This document shows positions 1 through 31,547 of a DNA stretch of 64,000 bases, in pieces; within the stretch, counting starts at the first letter, position 1, and the number at the start of each line of letters is the position of its first letter. The DNA comes from Octopus bimaculoides (taxonomy: Eukaryota), in the NCBI RefSeq assembly GCF_001194135.2, contig NC_069005.1:1424761-1488760 (forward strand), written 5' to 3'. The notes beneath the pieces were generated by a model, which saw nothing but the letters and a program-made list of their open reading frames with translations, did not search any database and was not told the DNA's origin. Made by a program: the position numbers and the translations under genes.

Positions 1-57
1 AAATTCAAAGGGGTTTGAGCTTATATAAACACATGTTTGCATTCTATCTGCTAACTA

Positions 58-106
<49 letters not shown>

Positions 107-414
107 CATACATACAGAGCGGGAGAGAGAGAAAGAGAGAGAGAGAAAGAGAGAGAGAGAGAATAGTTAGCAGATAGAATGCAGAGATGAAGGAAATCGA
201 CCACTTAGTTACAGTAATGTGTGTGAGAGCATATATGTATGTGTGTGTCAAACTGATTATTTTTAATTAAAATATATTGGTTTTTATGAATTTTATCTTC
301 ACCCAATCAATTGTACTTGTATAGCTTAAAGCAGAGAGAAAATTCATCGAATGAAAATTTCCCTGAGTTTTTCTCTCACTATCGTTTCTTATTGAGCTAA
401 GATTTTGGTTTTAA

Positions 415-639
415 CCCTTTTTATACCATCCTACCTGCGACTACCTTTGCTTCCATAACATAAACTTTCTGTTGTCTTAATTTTATTGAAATTAAAATCT
501 TCCATCAAAATATTATGATAATTTTAGTTCCAAACATGAACTTAATAATGACAAAGTTATATTACAAAATTCTTTATCATTTACAAATTTAAATGAAACA
601 AAAACAGTGTTTTTAATCAGAAATGTAATTAGAAAAGGG
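415..639. mobile_element. piggyBac-like MITE (TTAA-CCCTTTT...AAAAGGG-TTAA)
   Basis: TTAA at 411-414 and 640-643, 7-bp terminal inverted CCCTTTT/AAAAGGG. Related internal sequence recurs at ~5700-5895, ~6270-6390, ~13490-13680 and ~13750-13885. Confidence 0.6.
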
Positions 640-925
640 TTAAAGTAATCTAAACTAAAACCTTCCATCGAATTTCAAGTTAATTTATGTTCTGAGTTCA
701 AATCCCGGGTGACTACCTTTCATTTTTTTTTTTAGGTCAATGTCATTGACTTTACCCCTCCCCTGAAATTGCTGGCCTTGTGCCCAAATTTGAAATCCGT
801 TTATGTTCTAAGCATCAGCTTATAATCAATAACAGTTATTTTACTATATTCTTCATTATTTTTTTAATTAATTACAACAAAGAGTTAAGATATGTGGTAC
901 CCATTTTGAAAACGATATAGAGTTT

Positions 926-1115
926 TACAGTTCTATATTTAAGAGATGAGGAATTATTTACATTATTTACATTATTTACATCTGACAGATATTTGTCCTC
1001 ATCTTGTTTGTTGTTAACACAACGTTTCGGCTGATATACCCTCCAGCCTTCGTCAGGTGTCTTGGGGAAATTTCGAACCTGGGTTCTCATTCCTAACGAT
1101 GTTACTATTATTATA

Positions 1116-1146
<31 letters not shown>

Positions 1147-1250
1147 TATTAATCAAGGTTAACAACAAACAAGATGAGGACAAATAACCTTCAAATGTAA
1201 ATAATGTAAATAATGTACATAATTCTTCATCTCTTAAATATAGAACTGTA
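926..1250 (-). mobile_element. Short non-autonomous element with hammerhead motif, flanked by 93-bp inverted copies of its own tail
   Basis: 926-1018 is an imperfect reverse complement of 1158-1250. The core (ttaggaatgagaacccaggttcg...gccgaaacgttgtgttaac) is homologous to 47751-47873. Confidence 0.8.
1016..1061 (-). ncRNA. Minimal type I hammerhead ribozyme motif (predicted)
   Basis: GACAC CUGACGA A GGCUG-GAGGGUAUAU-CAGCC GAAAC GUU/GUGUU: both core boxes, 5-bp helix II, 5-bp helix I (one GU), loop-less palindromic helix III AACGUU; predicted cut at 1021/1020. Confidence 0.7.
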
Positions 1251-2065
1251 TGTTTCAATATTCTTAACCACTATGATTCCTCTATCCTGAAAATAACATC
1301 CATTTCAAAAACTTTAAAATAATAATTAATTCAATAACTCAATTAATGCCTTTACATTTGCTCGTTAATCTCTTGGGACAAAAATGATTTATTTCAAAAC
1401 GTTGCTCCTCCCATCACTTTTTTTTTTTAATGTTTTTATTGAATGGCTAATGTGTGATTCCATGCTATGATCGACCATGTTGCAGTATAACTTGGTTGAA
1501 CCAAGCTATGAAAGAAGTTCCTCTCTTTGTAATCACTCAGTTTTCTAGAATTAGCAGCTTGACCAGAATGAACCTGATGTTGAATAACACACATGAAAAC
1601 CAGAGTATCACTTGAATGGCAAACTTGTTCAGGACACTCTAGGAACTCTATCCTGATACTGCTAAAGAGATCTTTTATTGCTTTCTCCAAACCCATAAGA
1701 GGATTCCAGTAATTTTCATAAGATCCGGTGGATCCTTGTCAGTGACCAGGTTGCAATTTGTGTGACAAATATTTTGACATTATATAACAAACAATAAATA
1801 ATTAAGTGAAGTTAACAGTTGTCTTTGTGTGTTTTTCAATGGCCAACCTGTGTCTTCCATGTTGAAATCATTTTAACTTCAAGACACAGCCCCTGAAACA
1901 CTTTGCCTGGCAACGGTGCCTCAGAAATTTCTGGATGTTCTGAGCTGTAAATGTTTTTGCTTTGTATAAAACATGCATATTTTTTTTTATTTTATAGTAT
2001 TGAAAATTTGGAATTATTTGTAAATAATTTTTCTTTTATTTTTTTCTTTCTTATTTCATTTGCAG

Positions 2066-20885
<18,820 letters not shown>

Positions 20886-21901
20886 CCAACTGTAGGGGGT
20901 GGGGATAGTGGGGGGCGGGGACGGGGTGTGGTTTGTTATTCTCCTTCTGTAAAATTTAATATCATCGTCATCATTATCATCAATGTCGTTGTCATCATCA
21001 TTATTATCATTAACGATCATCCTTGTCATCATTATTGTCATCGCAACAGTGATATGGAGTGACATTCTAAACTGACTGGAAACTTACCTCATCTTTCGAT
21101 ATGAGCACGGAATAAGGACTTCCAAAGCAGAAGATAACCCCAGGGTTTGAATTAGTGTGAGACGTAGTAGTGGTGGTGGTGGTGGTCGTCGTCGTCGTCG
21201 TAGTAACTGCTGCTGTGCATCAATATATGTTGTAGCCATGACACTTGAATGTATACTATGTATGTATATATATATATATACACATATATACATATGCTCT
21301 GTTAATTATATACATACGTACACAAAAACATGTATGCAGTACATACTATCTCTTTTGTGTGTGTATACATACATACATACATCCATACACACACTATGCA
21401 CATCAATACACACACAACATATTCATATGCAAATAATGTTAACAAACCAGTAATTTATTAATTAAACTAGCTCTCAAGAATACATTAAATATGCAAATCA
21501 GTGAATCTAAGTTAGTTAAGGCCTTGATATTAGCAATTTAGCACCTGTTTAAACAATGTGTCCATGGACAGTTAAAGTGGGGCAGTACTTCAGTCACTAA
21601 TGAAATCCCAACATAGGATTGAAACTAGTTCTGCAGAGATCCATTTTTTTTTTCTGTTCACAAAGAAACTGTATATAGGTGTTTACAGATGTAGGTGTTT
21701 ACATCTGTCTATTTCATATATATATACATATATATATAGAGAGAGTTTTAATTAAAATTTATAGATATGTTCTTATTGTACAGTATAGCTGTAAACAGAA
21801 CACTGGTTATGCAGCTGTAGTTCAGGTGTGTTTGTGTGTGTGTGTGTGTATATACACACACACACATATTCACAGTTGAATATGCACACGTGTGTGAGGA
21901 A

Positions 21902-21941
<40 letters not shown>

Positions 21942-22091
21942 GTAATATATAATATATCATGTACAATATATAAATATATACATAATGCGTGTGTGTCTAT
22001 ATATATTTATAATACAATATAATATATATATATATATATATACACATGTGATATATAATATATTATGTACAATATATGAATATATACATAA

Positions 22092-22148
<57 letters not shown>

Positions 22149-22975
22149 NNNNNNNNNNNNNNNNNNNNNNNNNNNNNNNNNNNNNNNNNNNNNNNNNNNN
22201 NNNNNNNNNNNNNNNNNNNNNNNNNNNNNNNNNNNNNNNNNNNNNNNNNNNNNNNNNNNNNNNNNNNNNNNNNNNNNNNNNNNNNNNNNNNNNNNNNNNN
22301 NNNNNNNNNNNNNNNNNNNNNNNNNNNNNNNNNNNNNNNNNNNNNNNNNNNNNNNNNNNNNNNNNNNNNNNNNNNNNNNNNNNNNNNNNNNNNNNNNNNN
22401 NNNNNNNNNNNNNNNNNNNNNNNNNNNNNNNNNNNNNNNNNNNNNNNNNNNNNNNNNNNNNNNNNNNNNNNNNNNNNNNNNNNNNNNNNNNNNNNNNNNN
22501 NNNNNNNNNNNNNNNNNNNNNNNNNNNNNNNNNNNNNNNNNNNNNNNNNNNNNNNNNNNNNNNNNNNNNNNNNNNNNNNNNNNNNNNNNNNNNNNNNNNN
22601 NNNNNNNNNNNNNNNNNNNNNNNNNNNNNNNNNNNNNNNNNNNNNNNNNNNNNNNNNNNNNNNNNNNNNNNNNNNNNNNNNNNNNNNNNNNNNNNNNNNN
22701 NNNNNNNNNNNNNNNNNNNNNNNNNNNNNNNNNNNNNNNNNNNNNNNNNNNNNNNNNNNNNNNNNNNNNNNNNNNNNNNNNNNNNNNNNNNNNNNNNNNN
22801 NNNNNNNNNNNNNNNNNNNNNNNNNNNNNNNNNNNNNNNNNNNNNNNNNNNNNNNNNNNNNNNNNNNNNNNNNNNNNNNNNNNNNNNNNNNNNNNNNNNN
22901 NNNNNNNNNNNNNNNNNNNNNNNNNNNNNNNNNNNNNNNNNNNNNNNNNNNNNNNNNNNNNNNNNNNNNNNNNNN
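22149..22975. other. Assembly gap (largest of about 17 N runs)
   Basis: N runs also at 16442-17030, 23992-24544, 26724-27155, 32900-33073, 33615-34175, 34790-35041, 41249-41533, 44901-45228, 46292-46410, 51024-51375, 55073-55425, 62607-63108, plus several 10-N spacers; mostly flanked by microsatellites. Confidence 0.99.
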
Positions 22976-23037
<62 letters not shown>

Positions 23038-24544
23038 CTAGAGTGGTGGATGGCAGAATTCTTAAGACTGTTGGTTTCCATACCTTGTGACAGTTGTTCT
23101 GATTCTTTATGTTTTGAGTTCAAATCCCACTAAAGACAATTATATCTTTCATTCTTTCAGGGGTCAATGAAACTGCCTCACTCCCTCACCCTAAAATTAT
23201 TGGCCTTGAAGTTACCAATAAATAGTGACCCGAATGATTGCTTATTGATTTCTAAGAATTGGTTCGACAAGTACAGCGTTTAATGTCTTCTAATTGTTAG
23301 AATCATGATTCCAAGCTCTGTTTTACAAAGATGGCAGTTTGTATTCTTCAGGTTTACCCCAAGTTAGCATGCAGCAGTAAAAATATCTTTACAGGTTCAT
23401 TAGCAGGTATGGTTATGTGGTTAAAATGCCTGCTCTGCAACCATGAGGTTTTGGGTTCAGTCCCACTACATGGCACCTTTAGCAAGTGCTTTTCCCTACT
23501 TAGCCCTAAGCCAACCAATTCCAGTGAATTTGCTACACAGAAACTGTGTGAAAGCTTGTGGTATGTGTGTGTGTGTGTATTTGTCACTCCCCAATGATGT
23601 TGGTTTGTTTACATCCCTGTAATTTAAAAGAGACCTATAGAATAAGCACTGGACTTTAAAAAAAACATGGCACTGGGTTGATTTGTTTGACTGAAACAAA
23701 ACCCCTTTCAGGCAGTGCTCCAGTACGGTCGTAATGCTCCAGTATGGTCACAGTCCAATGACTGAAACAACTGAAAAACAAAATGTACTTACAGGATCCC
23801 TCGTTATAAGTTTGTAAATTAAAAACTGAGGGTGAGTAATTATTCTCTTTCTTTGGATTATAGATGCCAACATTAGAGCCAATGACCACCACTACTTATA
23901 TTCTGTGTTTAATATTTTTTTTTTTTTTTTGACTCACATAATATTACTTCAGAGACCCATAAAGCCAATTTCATATTCTTCACTTACAGTTNNNNNNNNN
24001 NNNNNNNNNNNNNNNNNNNNNNNNNNNNNNNNNNNNNNNNNNNNNNNNNNNNNNNNNNNNNNNNNNNNNNNNNNNNNNNNNNNNNNNNNNNNNNNNNNNN
24101 NNNNNNNNNNNNNNNNNNNNNNNNNNNNNNNNNNNNNNNNNNNNNNNNNNNNNNNNNNNNNNNNNNNNNNNNNNNNNNNNNNNNNNNNNNNNNNNNNNNN
24201 NNNNNNNNNNNNNNNNNNNNNNNNNNNNNNNNNNNNNNNNNNNNNNNNNNNNNNNNNNNNNNNNNNNNNNNNNNNNNNNNNNNNNNNNNNNNNNNNNNNN
24301 NNNNNNNNNNNNNNNNNNNNNNNNNNNNNNNNNNNNNNNNNNNNNNNNNNNNNNNNNNNNNNNNNNNNNNNNNNNNNNNNNNNNNNNNNNNNNNNNNNNN
24401 NNNNNNNNNNNNNNNNNNNNNNNNNNNNNNNNNNNNNNNNNNNNNNNNNNNNNNNNNNNNNNNNNNNNNNNNNNNNNNNNNNNNNNNNNNNNNNNNNNNN
24501 NNNNNNNNNNNNNNNNNNNNNNNNNNNNNNNNNNNNNNNNNNNN

Positions 24545-24576
<32 letters not shown>

Positions 24577-25020
24577 CTTTTACAAGTAGATGGATGACAG
24601 TGACTTTGGAGTTTTGGTCTGCCAGCCTTTGTCAGATTGCAAAAGTATAATAAATATGCACTTTACATAAAAGTTTTGAATAATTAAATTACTTTTATTT
24701 CAACTCAGCAACAACAACAAAAATAAAAAGGAAAACAAAGCATTAATATATATATTGTTTCCTAGAATGTTGGTTCTTGAACCACCTCCCATAAACCTAA
24801 AATAACATGTAAATATTCTGTTGAAACCCATGCACCCCTTTTGGATAGAAAAAGTCAAAGACTGCTCATTGGACTTGATCCCACATCCCCTGCAGACATG
24901 ACAGATGTTCTACCATTGGACCAAAGCAGTCCTTCAAATGTCTCTTTCTGATTTGGAAATTTTATTCTTACCAGTGAGTTATATGTTCAGGACATCATAA
25001 GAATTTTATGACTTCAACAA

Positions 25021-25053
<33 letters not shown>

Positions 25054-27205
25054 AATTATTTCTGCAGATAAGAACAAGTTTATATTTTAGCTCCAAAGTT
25101 TCTGCATCTTCAAAAGTCTTCAACCATTTGCTCATGTCTCTGGCTCAGCTCACCTGTTTGCTATTCACCATTCTACCTTTTGTTGCTTACAACTCAATCA
25201 CCTGCTTGCAAGGCTCAATTAGCTGGTGATGGTGGTGGTGGGGGGTCCCTTTTTTTCATTCCATACCTTGTTGATTGTTTGAACTGAAAAACGGCCCTTC
25301 CCGCCCACCCTCAGTCATCCAATAAATGATGTATTAAAGGAAATGAGAGTCGTCGTCATTTTAATGTTTATTTTTCCGTGCTTGCATGGGTCAGACAGAA
25401 TTTGTCAAGACAAATTTTCTGTTGCTGGACACCCTTCCTGTCACCAACCCATACTTGTTTTTCATGGAAGAGTGGGAACAAAGGGCATTGCTTGTCAGGA
25501 CATGGAGATACATGCAAGTGTATATATGTTTATATAAATCTACATGACAGGCTTTTTTTCAGTCTCTGCCTACCAAATTTACTCTCAAGGCTTTGTTTGG
25601 CCTGGGGTTACAGTAGAAGACACTTCTCCAAGTTGTTGCACAAAGAGATTGAACCTGAAATCACATGGCTGGAAAGCAAACTTCTTAACCTTGAGTAAAA
25701 GCTGTCTCCCAGCTGCAGCTTCTAGAAATTTAATGTTAATAACAAAGTGTAAAAAGCTTCCCAGTGTGTGGCTGGTGGTATTGAGAGGGTGTTGTACAGC
25801 TGTTCACACGTGAAACTCCTGGTACAGTTATGTCCGTCCTACTGTGGAAGTTCTCTGAGTTGCATGTTGTAGCAACTTGTCTCTTATGATATAAAGCTGT
25901 TATCAGCAAAATCATTTGGCAATAATCTTAGGGGTTTCTTTTCAGTTTATCTGAGTACATGAGGTACTCACATGCCATGCATGTGGGTGGACTTTGTGGT
26001 GCTTCAAGAATAGTTAGGCAGACTCTGTGATTGTACTTCCTTGTACATGCTGCTTGTTTGAGTGTTTTGCACATTGGTGCTTCAATTTTCTGTGAAGCTA
26101 TTATTAAAGTTTGCCGAAAACTCAAATGTTTTAGTCAGAATACACTGTAAGAAATTCCCTTTTCAGTGTCTTCTTGAAACAGAGGTAGAGAATTTACAGC
26201 TCAGTATATATTCTGAAGCAAAGCAATACCTCTATCCTCTCGTTTACTTTGCTGAACTGAAAAAAAAAGTTAATTACTTTTTTAATTAGTTGGTTGTGGA
26301 AGTTTGATTCAGACAGGTTCCCCATGCACCCATTTTTTTTGCCAAATATCAGCCTTTAAAGTTATTCAGAGTTTAGAAAACGATCTTGTAATCACGAAGT
26401 TCCTTGCTGCATAATTTATGAGTAAAATTTGATGTTGGTACTGGTGGTGGTGGTGGTGGTGGTGGTGGCATTTGGCAGCGACTGAGGAGAACCTGATGTC
26501 TTGAAATATTCATGGGTCACCTTACAAACTTGTTTCATCGTCTTCCCCTCCCCTTATCTCCACTCCCCCCCCCCATCACTACCATCCCCACTCCACACCT
26601 GTGACTGTCAATAAGTTTTTGTTTTTCTTTGCATGTTAGAAATGTTAATGTGAACACTGTTGAAGAAGACCACAAACAATCTTGTTATACATAGAAGGAG
26701 GGTTCTAACCCTATGCATGGTAANNNNNNNNNNNNNNNNNNNNNNNNNNNNNNNNNNNNNNNNNNNNNNNNNNNNNNNNNNNNNNNNNNNNNNNNNNNNN
26801 NNNNNNNNNNNNNNNNNNNNNNNNNNNNNNNNNNNNNNNNNNNNNNNNNNNNNNNNNNNNNNNNNNNNNNNNNNNNNNNNNNNNNNNNNNNNNNNNNNNN
26901 NNNNNNNNNNNNNNNNNNNNNNNNNNNNNNNNNNNNNNNNNNNNNNNNNNNNNNNNNNNNNNNNNNNNNNNNNNNNNNNNNNNNNNNNNNNNNNNNNNNN
27001 NNNNNNNNNNNNNNNNNNNNNNNNNNNNNNNNNNNNNNNNNNNNNNNNNNNNNNNNNNNNNNNNNNNNNNNNNNNNNNNNNNNNNNNNNNNNNNNNNNNN
27101 NNNNNNNNNNNNNNNNNNNNNNNNNNNNNNNNNNNNNNNNNNNNNNNNNNNNNNAATCTTTGATACCGACTGCTGTTTCCCCGCACCCCTCTACTACTAC
27201 TACTG

Positions 27206-27249
<44 letters not shown>

Positions 27250-29989
27250 CACGTGCCAAAATCTGGCATTCATCACCACAGTTCTTTGGTTGGGGTTATT
27301 TTCTTTTATATATATATATATTGAACCAACAACCTCTACAGCTGTTTCGCAGTGTACACTTTCTGACTTCATTCCATTTCTCATGTGTTTTCATTCTTAA
27401 TATTTTACACTACCATAAATAATAAAATATATATATATATTCTCAACTCACATTGTCCCTTTTTTTTATATTTTCCTTTTGTTCATTTATATATGTGTGT
27501 GTGTGTGTGTGTACACGACCAACTGTAAAAGTAAAAACAGGTACAACGCATTACTAGAAACACCAGTGACCCATTTGTTGTGTCTTACCCACCAGAATTG
27601 AATCAACTGAAAAGTTTGTGTGTGTGTGTACCTCACAAAATATTTTCTATTAAAGGGCACGCACGAACATGACAAATGAAGCTTGTGCAAAATCAAGAAC
27701 CTTATGGAGCAGCCATCAGCTATGATGCACTTGTGCATATAGTGTGTGTGCGCGTGCGCGCCTGTCTCTCGATGTATTTTGCATCGAAAGACACGAATCT
27801 GCTATAATAATACTCTTGTGTATTTCTCGGTCACAACATATGAATGAGAAAGGAAGGTGTAATGGATGAATGAGGAAGGAAGGGGTGATGGCAAACTGGA
27901 AGTGGGACGGTGAACATTCAACGCTGAAAAGAAAAATCAAACAGCGTTTCAACTCTGCGTGTACAAGGGATGTATGTGAATGTTTGTATCTGTGATTATT
28001 ATATACCGTACTTTATACCTTATTTATATATAAAATACTACTATTAACCGTCATTTTTGTCGGCACGGGACCAGCTAGTGTGATAATATTTAACGTATAC
28101 AATGAGAAGATCTTGGACCAGCCAACAGCTATGGTGTATGTATATGTAGTGTGTATGTGTATGTAGTTTCTGAATGTATATATGTACGCATATATGTGTG
28201 TGTAGTTGTGTACAAAAATGTATGTGAGCGTCTTTATATGTATGTGTATATAAATTGATTTTGTTTGTTTATAAGTTAATCTGTGAACAGGACCAGCCTG
28301 AACGTACGCGAGAAGAACACAGGTCGGGGAGAACGGACAGGAGTGTTTGGTCATAAAATGTGTGGGTAGTAAACTGTTTCAGTTCTTTTAAAAGTCAGAA
28401 TCTGCCAGGCTGAAAACACTGCTTCCAGATAAATAAATGGTGTGGCTGTGTGGTAAGAAGCTTACTTCCCAACCACATGGTTTCGGGTTCAGTCCCCCTG
28501 CCTGGCACCTTGTGCAAGTATCTTCTAGTATAGCCTCGGGCCGACCAAAGCCTTGTGAGGGGATTTGGTAGATGGAAACTGGAAGAAGCCGGTCGTATAT
28601 ATATATGTAGTGGCTTCATGCAGGCATAGCGTGGACTCGATCTTCGATCGTCAAATTTCACTTAAGAGTTCAACAACATTTTCCTCACGGTAAAACAATA
28701 GTTTTTCTGTGAGTGACAGCAGTTACATTTGCCATATGCCTTCTCTAAGCAGAATAATGTCTTTGCCACTTCACCCTTCTAACTTCTTCTAGGCTACCAA
28801 AAGCTAGAATACAGATAACAGACCCCCAACGAAATCTATTGTTCTCAACAATATGTCTATCCTTCTAGCTGGTTTTGGATAGTTATAAATACTAAAATTT
28901 GGTAAGACAAAATCAGAGAGCAACATTTAGTGAACGGACAACTAGAGTCATGGCCACAAGCAGGCAGCCACTAAAGACAAACGGCCAGAGCGAGAAAGAA
29001 GGTTCTCTAGGATTTCACTCCATCTCTAGCTGACGAGAACACAAACACCAACAACGCAGGAAGAAGCTAACTTCCTTTATCTCGCGTGTCCTTCCACTTA
29101 TATTATATCACACACCTGCTCTTCGAGGCATGGCACTATATCAGGTAAACGGTAAATAAATATTTGTTTACAACTTCGATCACTGTTCTTCTTTTATCTT
29201 GCACATCTGCAACAACAACACCCGATGCAATTGGTAACGGCCGACTTCAACAAATATCATAATACCAACCGTTCCTACTGGCGACCACAAATCGTTACAT
29301 ATATATATAGAGAGATAGATAGATAGTTACATGCGCGCTGGCGTGTATGTATCTGTATGTGTCTGTGCTTGTCCCCCTCCACCGCCTGACAACAAGTGTT
29401 AGTGTGTTTACGTCCCTAACTTAGCGGTTCGGCAAAAGATATCGATAGAATAAGCACTAGGTTTTTTAAAAAAAAAGTACTGGCGTCGATTTATTCGACC
29501 AAAAATTCTTCAAGGCGATGCCCCAGCATGGCCGCTGTCAAATGAAATAAACAAACAAATAAATAAATGAATGAACTAATAGATAAAGGTTTGTGTTTTG
29601 TCAGGATGCAAAAGTCCGACCGACCTAAATTTTGTTTTAAAGAAATAATCAATGACAACCTGTTGAAAATTTAAAATTGATCCCCATAAAAACAAAACCA
29701 CCAGCTGTAGTGAACAAACACCACGCCCTTCGCCTCAGAAGATTAATATTTATTACTTCACCTACAAATTGTTCGAATGTCATTCTTAAATGTTGGCTTT
29801 CCATACATTTCGTTATACAATAACATTATAAAGATGAGTTTTCTCATGAGAACATGCAGTGGGATCGAACTCCAAACCCTGTTGTTTGGACGCAAACTTT
29901 TTATCACACAACCCTACCTGCATGTGTGTGTGTGTGTAGTAATAACAATCTTTTCTATTATAAGCATAAGCCCCGAAATTTGCGAGTGG

Positions 29990-30165
29990 GAGGGAGGGGT
30001 AAGTTGATTACATCGACCCCAGTGCGTAGCTGGGACTTATTTATCGACCCCGGAAGGATGAAAGGCAAAGTCAACCTCGGCGGGATTTGAACTCAGAACG
30101 TAACGACAGGCGAAATACCGCTCAGCATTTCGCCCAGGGCGCTAACGATTCTGCCAGCTCGCTGC
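29990..30165 (-). mobile_element. tRNA-derived SINE, family A (ggcagcgagctggcagaatcgttag...gagttcaaatccc...ctttgcctttcatcc...ggggtcgat)
   Basis: A box TGGCAGAATCGTTAG, B box GTTCAAATCCC. Other copies at ~690-800(+), 6100-6260(-), 23040-23215(+), 30800-30925(-), 32080-32255(-), 36310-36520(+), 44380-44565(-), 49270-49450(-), 58970-59160(+). Confidence 0.75.
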
Positions 30166-30337
30166 CCTGTGTGTAGCAAAAATAGCAACAAATCCAAGGA
30201 TGAGATTTCATAAATATTTTAATTCATCGCTAAGCACGTTTCCACATATTGTTTGTGACTATAATCCACATCCATTGGATGATTACAATGTAGTTTGTAA
30301 TATCCATGGATATTACGGGAAGGCGCTAGTCATGCAA

Positions 30338-30700
30338 TCATTTCATCTTGTATCTTTTACTTTCTAGTACTTTACTAGGTTCATGTTCATACCATTTATC
30401 AGTATGTTCCAATCTTTGTAGGCCGTGATGTCCACAAAACTCCCAATAGATCATTCTTACCACATTGTCATGGCATCGTCTGTTGTCACGTTGTGCCAAT
30501 TTCGGGCATTCTCTAACGTTGTTCCATACCGTTTCACCCCTCTCACCGCACATTCTGCATTTGTCGCTATCGGTAGTGTAGTCTATTCTGCACTTCAAAT
30601 AGTTGATCCTTAATGCTTGTTCCTGAGCTGCGCATATGAGTGCTTCTGTCTCTATCTTCGGGTCACTCCCCCTTATCCATGGCCTGAACAAATACTGCAG
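30338..30700 (-). mobile_element. R4/Dong-like non-LTR retrotransposon fragment (zinc-knuckle region)
   Basis: KIETEALICAAQEQAL...KCRMCGERGETVWNNVRECPKLAQRDNRRCHDNVVRMIYWEFC: the ETE-AAQ-QAL, C..C...ET..H...C and RHD motifs of RLE LINEs, degenerate. Confidence 0.75.
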
Positions 30701-31511
30701 ATTTTTTTCCAACGCCGTAATAAATTCTAACTGTTCGCCGCCTCTGTCTTGTAATTAATAACCCTTTCTACGATAGATATAAAGCCTGAAAAAAACTAGG
30801 GGAGGGGATAAGTCGATTACCTCGACCCCAGTGAATAACTGGTACTTATTTCATCAACCCTGAAAGGATGAAAGGCAAAGTCGACCTTGATGGAATTTGA
30901 ACTCGGAAACACCGCTCAGCACTTTCTGTTACCTGGTCTTGTTATTAATGATAATAATTCCGAATAATTACGTTAATGGCATCAATCATAAAAAAGTAAC
31001 AACAACAACAGCATACATAATAACAACAACAGAAAGACACTTAAAAAAAATGATTTCCTCTAAAGAATTTCAAAGCAACTGTTACCTGATGGAAGAAGAG
31101 AAAGTGTTGTTTAATAGCAATAACAACGTGAACAGGTGTCATGTTGCGAGTAACAATAACATTAAGAACAGCCACAAAAAACATTGGATTGTAAAAGGGA
31201 CGAGGAATATGAAAGAGATTGGGGGGGGGGGCAATCGGTGGATAGACGGTTCACCTGTTATTAGCAGGTATTGTATGGAAGAGAATAGATGTGGTGAAAG
31301 AGTTATGATAGAGTGAAGGAGGCGAGGGGTGGAGATTAGTAAGACTTATCGGCTGCTGACACATCAATTAACACCTCCATTGACTCTTGTCAGCTGTTGC
31401 TAGTTCGTGTTCCGTACAGCAAGATATGTTACAACCACATACGTTGTTCTGTGTGTGTGTGTGTGTATATACCCTTAGTGGGTTGAACCCCCAACCCTTA
31501 ACTCTCTCACG

Positions 31512-31547
<36 letters not shown>

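Noticed and set aside
872-1258. 128-aa ORF (MRTQVRNFPKTPDEGWRVYQPKRC...) and its homologue 47751..47939
   Set aside because: Translation of the non-coding hammerhead repeat, not a protein gene.
27325-27385. Minus-strand CTGC GAAAC AGCT GTA GAGG hammerhead-like 3' half
   Set aside because: No CUGANGA box upstream (only GGAATGA) and no helix I partner; at best a fragment.
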